From NCBI GenBank assembly GCA_021432655.1, contig MU271195.1, positions 1-64,000 on the forward strand: a DNA stretch of 64,000 bases, in the 5' to 3' direction. Source of the DNA: Atractiella rhizophila (lineage: Eukaryota). Below are positions 13,186-26,519 of this stretch, in pieces. A program made the translations under genes and the position numbers. How positions within the stretch are numbered: position 1 is the first letter of the stretch; every line of letters starts with the position of its first letter. The notes beneath the pieces are model-generated. The model worked only from the letters and a program-made list of their open reading frames with translations, did no database searches and was not told the DNA's origin.

Positions 13186-16100
13186 CTCCGACTTATTCTC
13201 CTTTCCGCTTGCTTTCCCCCTCCATACTGTTTGTTCGGGGATACACATTTTGTTTCTTCACCTTGCTGGATCCGACAGGTCTTACAGAGTGTTTGGGGAT
13301 GGCAAGGTTCTGTTAAACTTCATTCCCTTGTTTTCAACTTTTGCTGTGCGTGTGAGCGCCAAAAAACCTCTAATTTCTTCGACCCCTTCAATAAACTTTG
13401 GACAGCCTTCTTCAGCTCAACTAAGCGGACGTCCTTCTCCCACTGTTACATTATAAACTTGAGATCTGAGACAACCAGAGTCACAAATATCACATATTGT
13501 CCCACAAGAAGCAACACATTTTGATGGGGTCAATGTCGCCGACCAGTTGTGCCCTGAGTTTGCAAGAAATGAAATGTTTTCTGATAACGACAGGACGCTT
13601 GTCTAAAGCCTTCGTCCATCAGATCCGTATAGACCACAGCAGAGCGGGGGGCAGAGGATGTAACTCACATTTGTTTTGAATGTCGAAATTTTGGCACACA
13701 CATCTTTTCCGTTGACATCAGATTAATTCGTGTGATTCCTTGGGAATAGGAAACCCACGATTGACCTAAAAGGATAAAAGATATGTTAATCCACAACCTT
13801 AGAACTGAGGGCTAGAGGAAATAAGGAGGTATAAAGACAATGACAATTTGGATGGATTGAAGGATGCGAACCTAGTTACTCACCTCGAAGCCACACTAGT
13901 CCATCGCTCGATGAAGGAAAGTATTCGACACCATTCATGTCTATTACCCTTTGATACGACGCTGAGGAGATCGTTTCGTTAGTGGCGGTGCGTTGAGCGG
14001 TTCACAAACCTTCAGGGAAAACTACAAGGAATGAGTTGAGCTAGCTATGACAGTGGATTGAGTGCTTACCTTACCGATTACTGTCACCTCGTCGGGAGGA
14101 CTCGATGGGTGTAGGATCCTAAAATCTGCGAGTGAATAAAGCTTGCTCGAAGCCTTCCTCCAGACGTAAATGTCCTCTGTTGCATTCATGCTGCAAAGCC
14201 TTATGGCATGAGGTGAGCGAGATTCTGATGCGAAACAGAGCAATGAGCTACTTTTAAGGAGGGGAAACAAGGCTGGAAGAGAGGAGTCAAGACATTCTCA
14301 ATGAACGATCGGTGGCTTGATTCAATAGCTCAAGCACAAGGTTTAGAGCGCCTGTTATTCTCAGATAGTAACATGAAACTGGCCCCAAAATTCGGGTGTG
14401 AAGCTCCGATTAAAGTGTTTAAACATGGGAAGCGGGAGACGTAACTTGAAAGAGCTTCAACAAAGATTGATTATAACCGGCCGAGCGCGACAATTACAGC
14501 ATGATCCGTCAAGAAGCCGCGAGAGTTGGAAGAACACGAATATTGGAGACAGAATTGGGGTCACAGCAAGCACAAAGAGGTGACAAGGTTGATGCCCTGA
14601 ATCGAGCTGGCATGAACTTGCGGAGTCGACTGGCGAAGGCAAGTATTTGATTCGGGTGTTCACCTGTTGATCATACCATATCATAGCATTGACAGTCCCT
14701 TCTACGAGCAATCCATTTGATATCGTAACAGTGCTCCGCCACAGTTGGCTTAACTTGAATACAGATGAAGATTGTGGGCCATGCCAACTGAAAGCAAGTC
14801 AGATGCGGCTTTTTGTCGAGGAAGACTTGCCTACGCTTCACAGAATTTGTCTTAAATGCTACAAAAGGTGACGGCAACAGGCATGGATTTGTTGGACCTG
14901 GCGCCGCCGCCAAACTTCCACCAATCAGCCCCTTGATCTTGATCAATTGGGTCGAGCTGCAGAGACGTCAAGCTAGATCCTATCAGGAAATCCCACGCAC
15001 CTCCAGCTCTTTATGCGTGCTCGGTTTGTTACCCTCCGATCCTGCGTTGGCTGGCGCGAAGACAGTCTTCAACATGTTGTCAGCTGGTTCGCTGGACGGC
15101 AAGGCTGTGCAAGATATCACAATGCACACCTCTTCCCTGATGATTGCCTGGATCTCAGCCAATGGAGGGGACTCGCCATTCCTTCATCCTTTCCGCAACC
15201 ACTTCGTAGCCACACCGCTCCGGTCATGAAACCAGCGTATCCCCTGCTACATTAGCGTCCTGGGTTTACAATCGGCGAAAATAAGATGTTCGTATTAGTG
15301 ACCGTCAGATGTTCCAAACTCACATGAGGTCAAATGCTAGGCAAGGATGTCCGATACAGCAGTAACATGTCAACGCATATCGAAGCGCTCCTGTCATCTG
15401 TCGTATATGTCTATGTCCCAATAATATGTCCTCGCCAATCTGCCATCATCCGCGCGGGTCAAGAGGGTTGATTCTATGACCAAATATAATAAATTGCAAT
15501 GAAAGAATAGGACTTTGTATACCTCAACAAACGAGTGGTAAAATGAGTCGTAAAAGACAGCACAGAACTAGCAATGAGACTAATTGCCACAAAGTCACTG
15601 TGAGACTCTACTGCAAAAGCGAGTTCCTTTAGTTCGACTAGAGCGAGAACTAAGAAGCTCAATCAATGAATGAGAGCTTAAAAGAAAAGGAGACAGGAAC
15701 TAGCTTATGCTAGCCACACTGAAGTGTAGGGCCGCTTATGAAGCTATCTGGTCTCAGAACAAGAAAATGGATCTTACAGGGGCACTTCTACGGCCCGGGG
15801 AACTTACCTCGATTCTTACCGTGCTTTCTGCTGTGAGGGCGAAGTACGATGATGAGGAATAAGATGAATTTACATTATTTATAGGCCAATGAACGGATAA
15901 AAGATCAAACAACATCGCGGGAAAACCAGTAATGCATGAGTAGATAGAAATATGGAATGATCAGAGAGCATGGAACGAAGAAGAAGCTGAAGGGAATCAA
16001 ACGAGTCTCACCGGGGAATCGACGGATCTCGCCTTCCAGCTTCTGGATAAGGCCAAGAAACAATGCAGTTATCTTTCCCTCTTCTTCCGATCGATCGTAC

Positions 16101-16479
16101 GCGCTTGGAGCCGACAGGAGAGGTGTAGAGAGACGGGGGAGTTGTGAGGTATTCCGTCGTCAATAGGACTTCCAAGTTAGGCAGGAGCCGCTTCCGGAAT
16201 AGGAAGGTATTGCCGCATTGTGTATCTCACAGTCACTGCTGCTCAACATGTGCTTAAAACTTGAGAAATAGTATATAGGGGCGGCGGCTTGACTTCTGTG
16301 TATAGTTCTTAAAAGGGTTTTACAAAAGGTGAATGCTATAAAAGCGAAGGTTATGACTCATGTGGCACAGAGGGGGATGCCGAACTAAAAGTTCGGAAAT
16401 CAGTTTCACTTTACGGTCCAACTTTATTCCTCGTTGTCCCTGAACGTCAAATGCTTCCGGTCTGACCCAACCACAACTG

Positions 16480-17075
16480 ATGGCGGACGAAAGGCGTGGG
16501 AGTTGGGGCGCGACTCTCTCCTCTAGACGAGGGTCGAAACCACGTTTCTCTCGCAGCAAGAAAGGTTGGTTTCTAGTTGTAATCGGTACTTAATGTAAAT
16601 GATGACTTTTCTGCGTCCTTCAGGTTGCTTGATTTGCAAACAACGCGGTGTGAAATGTGGCGAAGAGAAGCCTGGATGCGCGAACTGCGGACGACTTTAC
16701 CGCAACTGTGTCTATCAGTAGATCCCTGCGCCCTGCACTTCAAGACACTACTAACCAGGCTCACCCATCCCCTGTGCATCCTAAGCGGCGAGCCAAAAAT
16801 TGTTTGCGCTTTAATTTTATCAACATTTTCGCCGAAAAACCTGGTCAAAACCTGTCAACCACTTTCAGACCCGTTTCGGGTGCTCACTTTCAGTGTCACA
16901 GACTTGGCAAAATGCGTTTTTCCATTATTACGATTATGAACACCCCTCACCTTGCAGTATTAACCGCTGAAAAAAACACGAACGATCATTATTATGTGTT
17001 GGGTACTTTCATGTTCCAATAATGCAAAAATAAGCCGCATTGATTAATCCCCAGATGGTTCCGATCTCCGACCCC
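16480..17075 (+). CDS. Zn(II)2Cys6 transcription factor, 5' exons (DNA-binding domain)
   Basis: Exon 16480-16564, intron 16565-16623 and the next exon give MADERR...RSKKGCLICKQRGVKCGEEKPGCANCGRLYRNC, a canonical six-Cys cluster. TATA-like CTATAAAAG near 16336. Not visible in the ORF track because of the intron. Confidence 0.85.
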
Positions 17076-17342
17076 GTGAGTGCGGATCCTGGAGCTAGCC
17101 CTGTCAAAAACGTGTTCGTCAAAATTTGCCATATTTGCCAAATTTTGCCATAATTGGCTAATTTTGGTGCAGCACCCACTGTGAAGGCCGAATATTGGCA
17201 AATAAATTCGCCAAAATTGGGCAGAATAATTCAAGGTCGTGAGTTTACGCGTTTCCGTCCGTAGAGTTTGCTCGTTGCATCTTGCGCATTGCCCTCCGAA
17301 AGGGGGGTTAAGAGTGAATTTGCAGGAATGACTACGGATCAG

Positions 17343-18100
17343 TTATGAACTAAGGAAGTTGGACCAGACAAGGAGAGTTTGATAAGCAATGGAAGAAAAT
17401 GAGTTATCTCTATGGGCAATGAGAGAATCTAAGATCGAAGAATTGGGGAAAGAAGGTAGAGGAACTGAGGAGAACTGGGAGAGATCCGTGAAAGGGCAGT
17501 CAACAGAAGGGAAGAAACCGAGAGATGCAATCAAACATTGAACATGGCCGCAAGAGAAAGGGAGACCGCAGAGCAGGTTCGGCTGAATCCGAAGCGGCCA
17601 GCACGCCACTTGATGGCCAAACATCGTAGATTGATGTCGGGGATGAGGAGGACCCTGTCAACCAAGGATGCCGTCCTCTGAGCCGGTGAGACAAGGGAAC
17701 CTAAGCCACCAATGAGCTCGACTGAGCTGAGGAAGCGAAGCCGTTCACGGCGAAGGAAGGTTTGAAGGGAGAGAATGTAGCCGTTACTAGCCTCCTTGTC
17801 TGCTTGCACGGTCAGAAAGTGAGCATATAGCTCACAGGACTGAATGTGAGGAACAATGCAGAAGGTTGAAGGAGGAGCCATCCGGGGAGAGATGATGAGA
17901 GGCGGATTGAAGCGAGAGAGGGAGCGGAGATGGGCAGTAAGACCTGCTCCGAGTTGACGAAAGGGTTCACGAGGCGGGAGTAAGCCTGTCATGGATGAGG
18001 CCAGTTTCCATCGGTCCGGTGAAACCGCTACAATCCAAGAAGCCGCCGATTTGAAGTGACGGGACGCCGCCAGCATCGCAGGTGATGAGGAGCGACGGCG
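17343..18100 (-). mobile_element. 5'-truncated non-LTR (LINE-like) retroelement fragment
   Basis: Frameshifted reading ...LRCLAIKWRAGRFGFSRTC/LCGLPFSCGHVQCL...SILDSLI resembles the C-terminal Cys/His knuckle region of fungal LINE ORF2. No RT core is present. Confidence 0.5.
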
Positions 18101-19347
18101 CTCGTCGGCTAGAATCCAATAATGAAAAAGACCGCCGCCATAGTCTGAGATTGGCCGAATGAAGGTGGCAGGATGGTCAAGTCACTCCATTGCCCCTCAA
18201 TCCTTCTGTCCTCCCTCAAAATGAGTTTGTATGAACGCGACATGGTGCCAGTGAGTGACTTTGGCCCCCCACCGGTCAGACAAATATCAAGGTATGCGGT
18301 TGCTTTGCTGTCTTCCAAAGAGTTGGTGAGCTTGTTTGATAATAGGCCAATGGGACAAGATTTGTGATAGTGGAAACATGGAATCCTGTGCATCATTTTC
18401 TTGGTGGGGCACTTTAAACTGACCAGTAAGCGTGATCTTGCTCTCAATCTACTTCTGTTGTCTTTCCTCTGTCTCTTTAGCTTTCCATCTCTTTTGCTCT
18501 CCTTTCCTATCCTCTGTTCGTATTCTCGATCCGTCATACCATCATCTCTCTCTTGTCCGCTCCTTCCCAGAATCCTTGGATGTCGACTTGATCTGTGTTC
18601 AATGTTTAATGTTCAATGTTCAACTCCGTTCCCTTTCCTTTTCTCTCTTTCATTCTTCATTCTTGTTCCTCTCCTTCTTTTCCGTTGTGCAGTCTGTGGA
18701 GGAGTTGCTAATTATGCCTTAGTGGGAAAAGGAAACATCCGACAGTTCCATATTCTAAACTCTCAAAGTTCGTATATTCTTTCCTCTTTACTATCCTTCG
18801 GTTACTATCCTTCGGTGGTCTCTGATCACACCTTCCGCAGGCAAGTGGAACGAGAATCCGAGCTTCGAAGCTATCAAAAACATTGTTGCCATTCTCCTCA
18901 TCCTCAAATACGTTCCTCTCATTCCTGACACGAATGCATCGGTCTCCTCCTGCCTTGGAAAGAATCACCACATCAGCACAAATGAGCATGAAGGCAACGG
19001 AAATGGACATGCTCATGGATTCGTAGCGAACGACTGATTGTTCCTGCCACGAAGCTTGAAGGTTATTCCGTTGGCAAGTCCTTGAAGGGGAGGAAGGATC
19101 AAGAAGGAAGAGAAGCATCACTTTGTCACTAAGTCATCTTTGTCATCCTCAAATCACCAAATCAAACCGGTATTAGGATATCCGCTCAGGTTCTTCAAAC
19201 AGCCCCATGGTGCTGTCTATCGGCCGACAGATGGAGGGGAGGCGTCAAGCATGTCATGAAGCGACGTAGGCTTTGGCTAGGCCCGAAGTTTGATCTGACT
19301 TCTCTCTCTCAGCCATGATGTCTCCATTTCCTGTCCTCCCTTCATTG

Positions 19348-19717
19348 TGTCAGGTTTGCATCTTACGCAAATCGGCGCCCGTTCGCCGGATTGCGTCTCC
19401 TATCGCCCATTTGCGTTCCCTGCGAATCGGCACCACTTAGCCTAACTGTGCCTATCCTCTTCTTATTAACTCCGCGTAATCCCACTGTCACTTTCCCTTA
19501 TGGTTCTCTTACATGTTTCATCTGCTCTCCTCTACACTCTGTGGCAGTGTTGTTCCGCTTGTATATATAGATCAGAGAGTAGTGGAGGTAACCTTAGAGT
19601 ATTCTCTTAAGTTTATCTCCACTACAGGTTAGTCTTCAAGTCATATCATGCTCTTAGGTTTATCTCCACTACAGACGCATCGCCTATCGGCGACCACACA
19701 TAGTGTCAGCCCTAACA
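19348..19717. mobile_element. Solo LTR (370 bp)
   Basis: Termini TGTCAGG...CCTAACA with a perfect 5-bp TSD CATTG (19343-19347 and 19718-19722). Internal TATATATA and a duplicated CTCTTA(A/G)GTTTATCTCCACTACAG. Confidence 0.88.
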
Positions 19718-19722
19718 CATTG

Positions 19723-22700
19723 TCCTTCTCATAGTTATACCCTTATTGAAATCTCATCAATTCATGCCATCACGTATTGTTCCTTTTTGAAAACTCAGTC
19801 ACTTGCTGCCAGTTCACCAAATCAGCTTTGATCTACTCCATTCCCACTCCTTTGACACTGGCCCGATTCTTGCCTCTCATTTATTTCAATCACTATTGAC
19901 AGAAAGGCCTAGCTTTTCTACAATAAACCGATCTCCGATTCGAGGTCGTGGGATAACGGCAATCACCTCCATCACTTCCTTAACATCAATGACTTCATAC
20001 TCCTGGGCCGGCGCTGGTTGGCAGGTCACAACGACCCCCCAAATATCATGAGCTATTATATCACGATATCGCTTTATTAGCGCCAGTGAAAGAACCTGGT
20101 CCCGTATGTGCAATTGGAAAAAATACTGAACCTCGCCAAACTCGGGATAGCTGGTGTCGTCCGAGGATGTTACACGATACTAGCTCAATCCTAAGTTAAT
20201 TACATGAAAGGAACATGAAGGTTGTTTACTCGCCTTGATATTACAACTGTTTCTGACTTGCTCAACAGGTCGTGTAGACTCTTTCCACAGGGTCCGGGCA
20301 GCTTCACCGCTTGGAAGGTGTAAACGAGCCCATTTTGTTAGATATCCATTCCATTCACTGACAAGGAAACCTTTTGCCATTAGGAACGACTCAATGGCCC
20401 TTTTCTCATGGGAGTCTGGCAACTTGACGTTCTGACTAGCAGGTAGGAATGCACGGCCACCGTGTAAGTCGTAAGACCCTCGAGGAAGACGATTTTGTTG
20501 TTGATGAACTAATTGAGGGTCCAAAGAACGTAGTGCTTGACATTGAGCCTGTCGTACAGCTTGCTGGGATAGGTTCTGATATGGATTAGATGGCTGGCAA
20601 ATCCATGAACCAAGTATACCAATTGTACGCTCCAGAGTCCATTGGGTGATGTAGATAAATGGTCCAAGACGGCGCACCTGTGGAACGTGATGGAGCATCT
20701 TATGCAAAGATGGTCGACAAAAATGAACTCGAGCAATATCTTGCTGATAGTACATTTTCTCAAATTCTTCAACATACTCGATGATTAGGTTTTCAACCGT
20801 GTCCAATGTCCCCTTGCCTATTTTACGACACCGTAGTTGCCGAATACAATACACTATTTTGATATAGTGAGAATAATATGGCTCAGCAATGATTCCTTGA
20901 AGAAGTCCTGGCCCAACTCCATAAAAGTACGTCTCCCATTCTTTTGCTTTGTATGCCGAAAACTTGATATCAATATTTCGTAGAAATTTGTCCCAAGACG
21001 ACGGCAAATAGGGTCTTGTATTTGCGACTTGTACACCATGCTCAACCCAGGTATTTCCCAGAAGTGTCTGCCATGGAAGGGCTAACTCTCGGTTGATTTC
21101 AGGTTCAACTGGTCCATTTGCTCCTCGACGACACTTCCCTGTTTTCTTCCGTCCTTGCCAATCAGGGCGTATAGTCCCTCGCCACAGACCCATAATAAGC
21201 TGAGGAAAATTCAGGTTGGGATGGTGCATGCCATCTAAGATGAAACAAAAAGGTATCCCTCCGCCCAGTGTAATAATTTGAGAAAACAAACTGTCTCTGA
21301 CAATACCGTATTTGGTAGATAGTGTTTGCGCAAGATTATTGTTCCCACTTTGAGCGGCGATGAGAATTTCCTAAGTATGTTGACGATATTCGGAGGCTGA
21401 CTCTTTGGGAAGCTGTCGAGCATCATAATCAGGACGAGTTGATACTGGCTCTGCATAACCAATTGGCCGACTTAAAGCAATGTAATAAGTTGATGTTTTT
21501 GGTTTGCGTACCCCAATACAAGCGCATCCATCAACATGGCAACCTCGACGGCCATTATGTCCAACATCCCCACCAACGTCTGTTGCACAAATGGTGTCAA
21601 AAAGGCCCAGCCCAAGTACCGGTCGTGATCGAAACCAAGTCTCTGAATCAGAATCAAAAATTGGAATTCCTTTCTGTGCGAAATGCTTCAACCTTTCAAA
21701 AATAGGATAAATAAAAGAATTTGTGTCCTTTGGCTTGTTCGGTCCAGGGATTATTCCAGCTTGGACAACAAATTGTTGGGTGTAACGTAACTCTGGTGGC
21801 AGGTTCATATCTATGAAGATAAGAAATAGTGCATCGGAGGGCTTTTTGTTGTCGTAGATCTGAGCACCATCGATGGACAAAAAGATTAAAGAGTCAGAAG
21901 GCTTGATCAGGCCCTCTTGAACAGCATGCAGATAATCGGAGCCACAGTAAACATCATCATAATGGTCTAGGAGGGCAGTGCCATGTGGTGATTCCTCTAA
22001 CAGTTCTCTTGTTCGAATAGCTCGATGTTTACAAGCTCTAGCTCCCTCCGGAGTGGACCAACGTGCCTGAAGAGCAGCATCAAAAGGTAAAAGATAATAA
22101 CGTTGCTTCGGTTTCCTGAATTCTTTTCTCTTTTTCCTGAGAATATCATATCGTAGAGTCCCACACTTTGGACAGCAATCATAGGTCGACCACTTTCCAG
22201 CATATGCGAGACAAGAATTTGGACACATATCATAGCCCTGTGGGACCATTCGACTTTTTAATTGGATCAAAGCTTTGACTTGATAAAGGGAAAGCAAAGA
22301 TGTCGTTAGACGGCTTGAAAGAATCCTTCGTAAGTCTTTATAAAGTTCATCGGCGGCTCGTCCATTGCAAGACATGAATATTTCAATAGACAAAAGTTCA
22401 GATTCGGTCAGAGGTGTATAATCATATAGTTCAGAAGGATCGATGGTGTTAAATGTGACATCATTATCGCGAAAATGCTGAAGATATTTTTGATAAAGAT
22501 CGTTGTTGATTAAGAGTTCATTTAACTGAGTAACTGCAGAACCAGTAATCAACAGAGAGTGGTTGTTCGGCAATGAAGGAAAATAGCGTACAGTCAAACT
22601 CAATATCAGAATTCCCATCATCTCCATCAACAGAATTATCAGATGAGTCGCTCTTTTCTAACGAGCTATTCTCCTCGGACCCTTCTGAATCATCGTCTTC

Positions 22701-23111
22701 CTCATCAGTTGACCCATCAAGATGGATGGCAATGGCCCTCTGGCCCATATACCACGGATCAGAAACGTTCAATTCGCTAATTTCTTGATGCTGTGAAGGT
22801 GCTTGAGATGGGATGGCTAAAATCTTTAATGTATAATTGATTATTGGGTACTCTATATTTAATATGAAAGAAACGGAAGTACTGACCTCGTCTGTTGAAT
22901 ATAGATTTTCCATAGTAATATCCTCCTGATCCTCCTCCATATCCTCCTCAATCTCTTCATCCCCAATCTCCATCTCGGCCTCCTGATAGCGGAATATTGC
23001 ATGCTCAACCCAAGTGTTCCTGTGCCGCCATTGTCCCCCTCCACAACGAGCTTTGCAAGTGCACCAGCGGACGTTCTTATTTGGCCGTGGAGGCTGTTCA
23101 TCTTGCATCAT
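19723..23111 (-). pseudogene. CACTA transposase (Tnp2/Transposase_21-like plus DUF4218-like region), inactivated
   Basis: Motifs YDMCPNSCLAY..CPKC, SIDGAQIY, LPPELRY, IPGPNKPKD, LDGMH and LGP..ITQWTLERTIG. ORFs 21371-22630 and 20180-21289 are in the same frame, separated by a premature TAG at 21371-21373. Confidence 0.88.
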
Positions 23112-23301
23112 TACTTGTACTGGATATACATTCCAGAAAATCGACAAGTTTGCGCTGATTAAAGGGAATCAAAGTGCCTTTGTTTACATGCAGAGCGGAT
23201 CCGACACAAACATCTTCAAAGAAACAACGACCGCATAACCTTCTATAACATTTTCCTTCATTATATCATTCTACTTTTTCTCTACTATACGTCAATTTAA
23301 T

Positions 23302-24986
23302 ATGGAAAGGCAGTGGGAACAGAATTCGGAGGAGGAGGACTATGATTTTGATGAGTTACAAGACGAGTTGGAAAATATGCAAGCAGCAAATATTTCTGGT
23401 CTGTCAATAGCTTTTTGTTGGAACTGGGTTTTGGGGTGATGTCTCTTTCCGGTTTCCAGGTGAAGCATTCGATTCAGATCCTTTCCATTTTCTCCATACC
23501 CCAACCACACATACGCCAACCCTTCCCACAAGGCCATTCTTTTCTAGCCATAATTCTTCAGCTGCAAGTACCTCATCACAACGACTACTCTCTAACTCTC
23601 CAACTCCTGATATCATCTCTCTTAATCGCTATCCCAGTCCAATCAGTACACGTGGACAAGCGCCACCAACTCTTCGGAACACAACTGCTGATCAACTTCG
23701 TGCAGCCCGAAATGCTGCATTTCTAGTGGTGGAAATGCAGGTGCAGGGCTTGCAAGCTCAGGTAACGAATCTAATGGAGCTTCTCAGGTGGCCAGTCCCT
23801 TTTGTGTTGTATTCTTATTAACCTTTTGAGGCATAGAAACAATCAGGGATCGGCTTCTTCTAGTTCGTACCAGTTCGGTACCTCTTCTCCTGCAGGCAGT
23901 TTTCGCATCCCACCTCAGTATCAGAGCAACTACCAGCAAAATCTGCCACCCATACCATCACGTAGATCCCTGCCCCAGGTTCAGTTCTGCACTGCTGCTG
24001 AAGTTCAGTCTTACCAGTCACGGAATCCGGGAATAGATCCGAATTTCTTTTTGCAGCATGCGGATGGAAGCGTGCCATCCAAGGCAGATCTAAACCGCAT
24101 GCGCGAGTTTATTCGAACCACCCTGGAAGACCTCTTTGTCCTCAATGAGGATAAGAGGCATGCCAACGATAATCTTTCTGCCATCCCGCCTTCATACCGC
24201 CAAATCCTTTACCATGTTGTTGCAGAGAAGTTCCCCTTCCTCTGTTATGGTGAGGATTACTTCAAACTGAAACTTCTTTGCCGGAAACAAGGATTTCAAT
24301 CGAAAAGGAAGCAGAATCGTCATGCTGGAGCGAAGCAAGAGTCCATCGATGTGTTACCAAATCCTACATCAAGCCAGGTACCATCAGGTAGCAAGAAGCC
24401 GAAGCGGAAGCCGAGTGATATGCAGAGCCTACCGTTGTCCGCGACCAAGAGGGCCAAAAAGTCCAACTCCCGAGGGAGCTCTTTACGAGATCAGTGTGTG
24501 TTTCCATCATTATAAGAACATACACTCATCTCTATCAAACAGGGGTATTCCCCATACCACTTTTTCGCCCTCTACTACCGCAGGCACCACGATATCACAT
24601 AAGTGAGTGGGACTCAAATTTCCTGACCCATCTGACCTGCGACAGTGTATTGGACAACAGCACCATTTCCTCAGTACCTGAGACTTACCATCAGCAACCT
24701 TTGCCATTCGAGCCACCGGTAATGGCCATGGAGACCACACCAGGTGAGTGTGCTCTTACTTCTTGTCATCGAAACATGCTTACTTCGTTCAGCTAAACAT
24801 GTCACCTCCCTCACCGGAACACCGCATTCCGCCCAATCCACACTTACATGTTTACGACCATATGACAGTATTGAACCATTGGCTGAAGCATCGTTGAATC
24901 TCCACAGTGTTGTGGCTGAAGAAGCAACTCAGATTCAGCCGCAATCAGACAATAAAGGTTCGTTATTCGGTCGGCCACGAAAATGA
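23302..24986 (+). CDS. CACTA second gene (accessory protein, multi-exon, function unknown)
   Basis: ATG ~190 nt from and divergent to the transposase start, several short introns, one long open exon (~23850-24495) and location inside the TIRs. 3' end uncertain. Confidence 0.55.
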
Positions 24987-25500
24987 ACACCTCCGCTGTA
25001 CTGACCAGATAAGATGCTAGCCACTGATGACACCATTCTCTCGATCGGTAATCTTGAGGATGTGGGCAATACTGCACAAGGTACATGACTCCTGCTTGAT
25101 CTTCCTTTCCGAGAGAATACACTAAATGCTCTGTAGATCCGATAATGTCTCAGCATAGATTCTCTCCATCTATGGCTCGGATGCCTCCTGGTGGGTTGTG
25201 TTAGCATTCGTCATGGTAAGGTGGTTGATAATATCATGCGTTAGCAACATCTTTGGGTACGGTGAGCTTCGGGAGCTGCCTGACACAATTGTCAACATCG
25301 CCCGTACGTACCACAAAGTCAAGTTCAAACACCTTGGCACTCCCGCCGCCTTTCCCCATAATGGACAATGTTATGAGCCTGACATTGCCAGCCCCCACAA
25401 CAAACCACGTCACCAGCCTGCCACCGCCTTCTTCCCTTACAAACCATGTTGCAAGCCTGCCGCCCTCCCCACCATAGACGGCCACGCCCAGCCCGCAGAC

Positions 25501-26310
25501 CAACAAAACAAACACCCCACCAACAGTCAAAACCAACGAGACGAGAGCACAGACACAAACAAGACCACCAACAACAGCACCAACAAGCCCAGGAAGGACA
25601 AAACCCCCAGGAACGCAAAAGGTCAGTCCAAGCCCTTGGGGAACAACCACCGCCAAGCGCAGTGCAAAAAGCAAGTAGATGTGGAACGACGAAAATACTA
25701 CTAAAACAAAAAGCCAAAAGCAAAAAAGAAAACAACAGGAAAAGGAAACACGAGAACGTTGAAGATGAACCCGCATCGGAGGAACAACAGCTTCACGAAC
25801 GCATACCAGCGGACAACAAAAACCTTGCAAACCAGGGTAAAAAGGAACCCACACCAAAACCACTCAAACCACAAAGGCACAGAGGGCAAAAAAGCCTCCA
25901 CGTAGGATGGACGAAAAGCGGACAAAGAAACAAAAGACCCTACGCACAACCAAACCGGAGGACCGAAGAAAACAAAGAACGCGACTACCAACTACGACGC
26001 TACCCCACCAAGACCTCAAAAAGGGAGAAAGAACAAACCTTCATACACACAGGAGAAAGCAACAACAGAGCAAAAACTAAAAGAGGGCTGCAAACCACGG
26101 CTGGCGCACCAAAAGCCACAGCGAAAAAAGATGCACCAGAACACCAAACACGACACACACCCAGGCCACCATCCAGACCCACACAAGAAAAAGACAAGCG
26201 AGACACATGGAAAAACAGCAGAAAAAGCCAAAGAATAACAACAAAGAGGAACAAAAAATGGCGAATTGGGACAAAAACCAACATCGAAAACAAAACAAAA
26301 AACAACGAGA
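25501..26310. other. T-depleted, A-rich compositional anomaly
   Basis: Hand count gives about 45 T in 810 nt (~5.6%), with no tandem periodicity. Confidence 0.9.
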
Positions 26311-26519
26311 AATGACGAATTTTGGCAAATTGAAGTTCAAGTGAGTGGAGAAGTTGACTAAGAATGGCAAATAAAGGGCTGCAAAAAGCGCCAAAAGAAG
26401 CCAAAATTAGTCGACATTGGTCATTGGCAAATGTTGTCCAATGTTGACCAATGTTGATCAAGTTCGACCAATTTTGACGAACACGTTTTTGACAGGGGGC
26501 CTGGAGAGAAAGGTTCAAC

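Larger units (their letters stand above)
17099..26497 (-). mobile_element. CACTA/EnSpm (CMC) DNA transposon with nested insertions
   Basis: Perfect TIR CCCTGTCAAAAACGTGTTCGTCAAAATT at 17099 and its reverse complement ending at 26497. TTGCCA/TTGGC-type subterminal repeats at both ends; transposase plus a divergent second gene. TSD is not clean (AG vs GG). Confidence 0.9.

Noticed and set aside
13500..16200. Short ORFs and a possible LTR
   Set aside because: No recognisable motifs, and no TG...CA unit with a TSD found by eye.
25198..26518. Several long overlapping ORFs (K/Q/R-rich on plus, hydrophobic on minus)
   Set aside because: Lack of T on one strand and A on the other removes stop codons in all frames; these are compositional artefacts.
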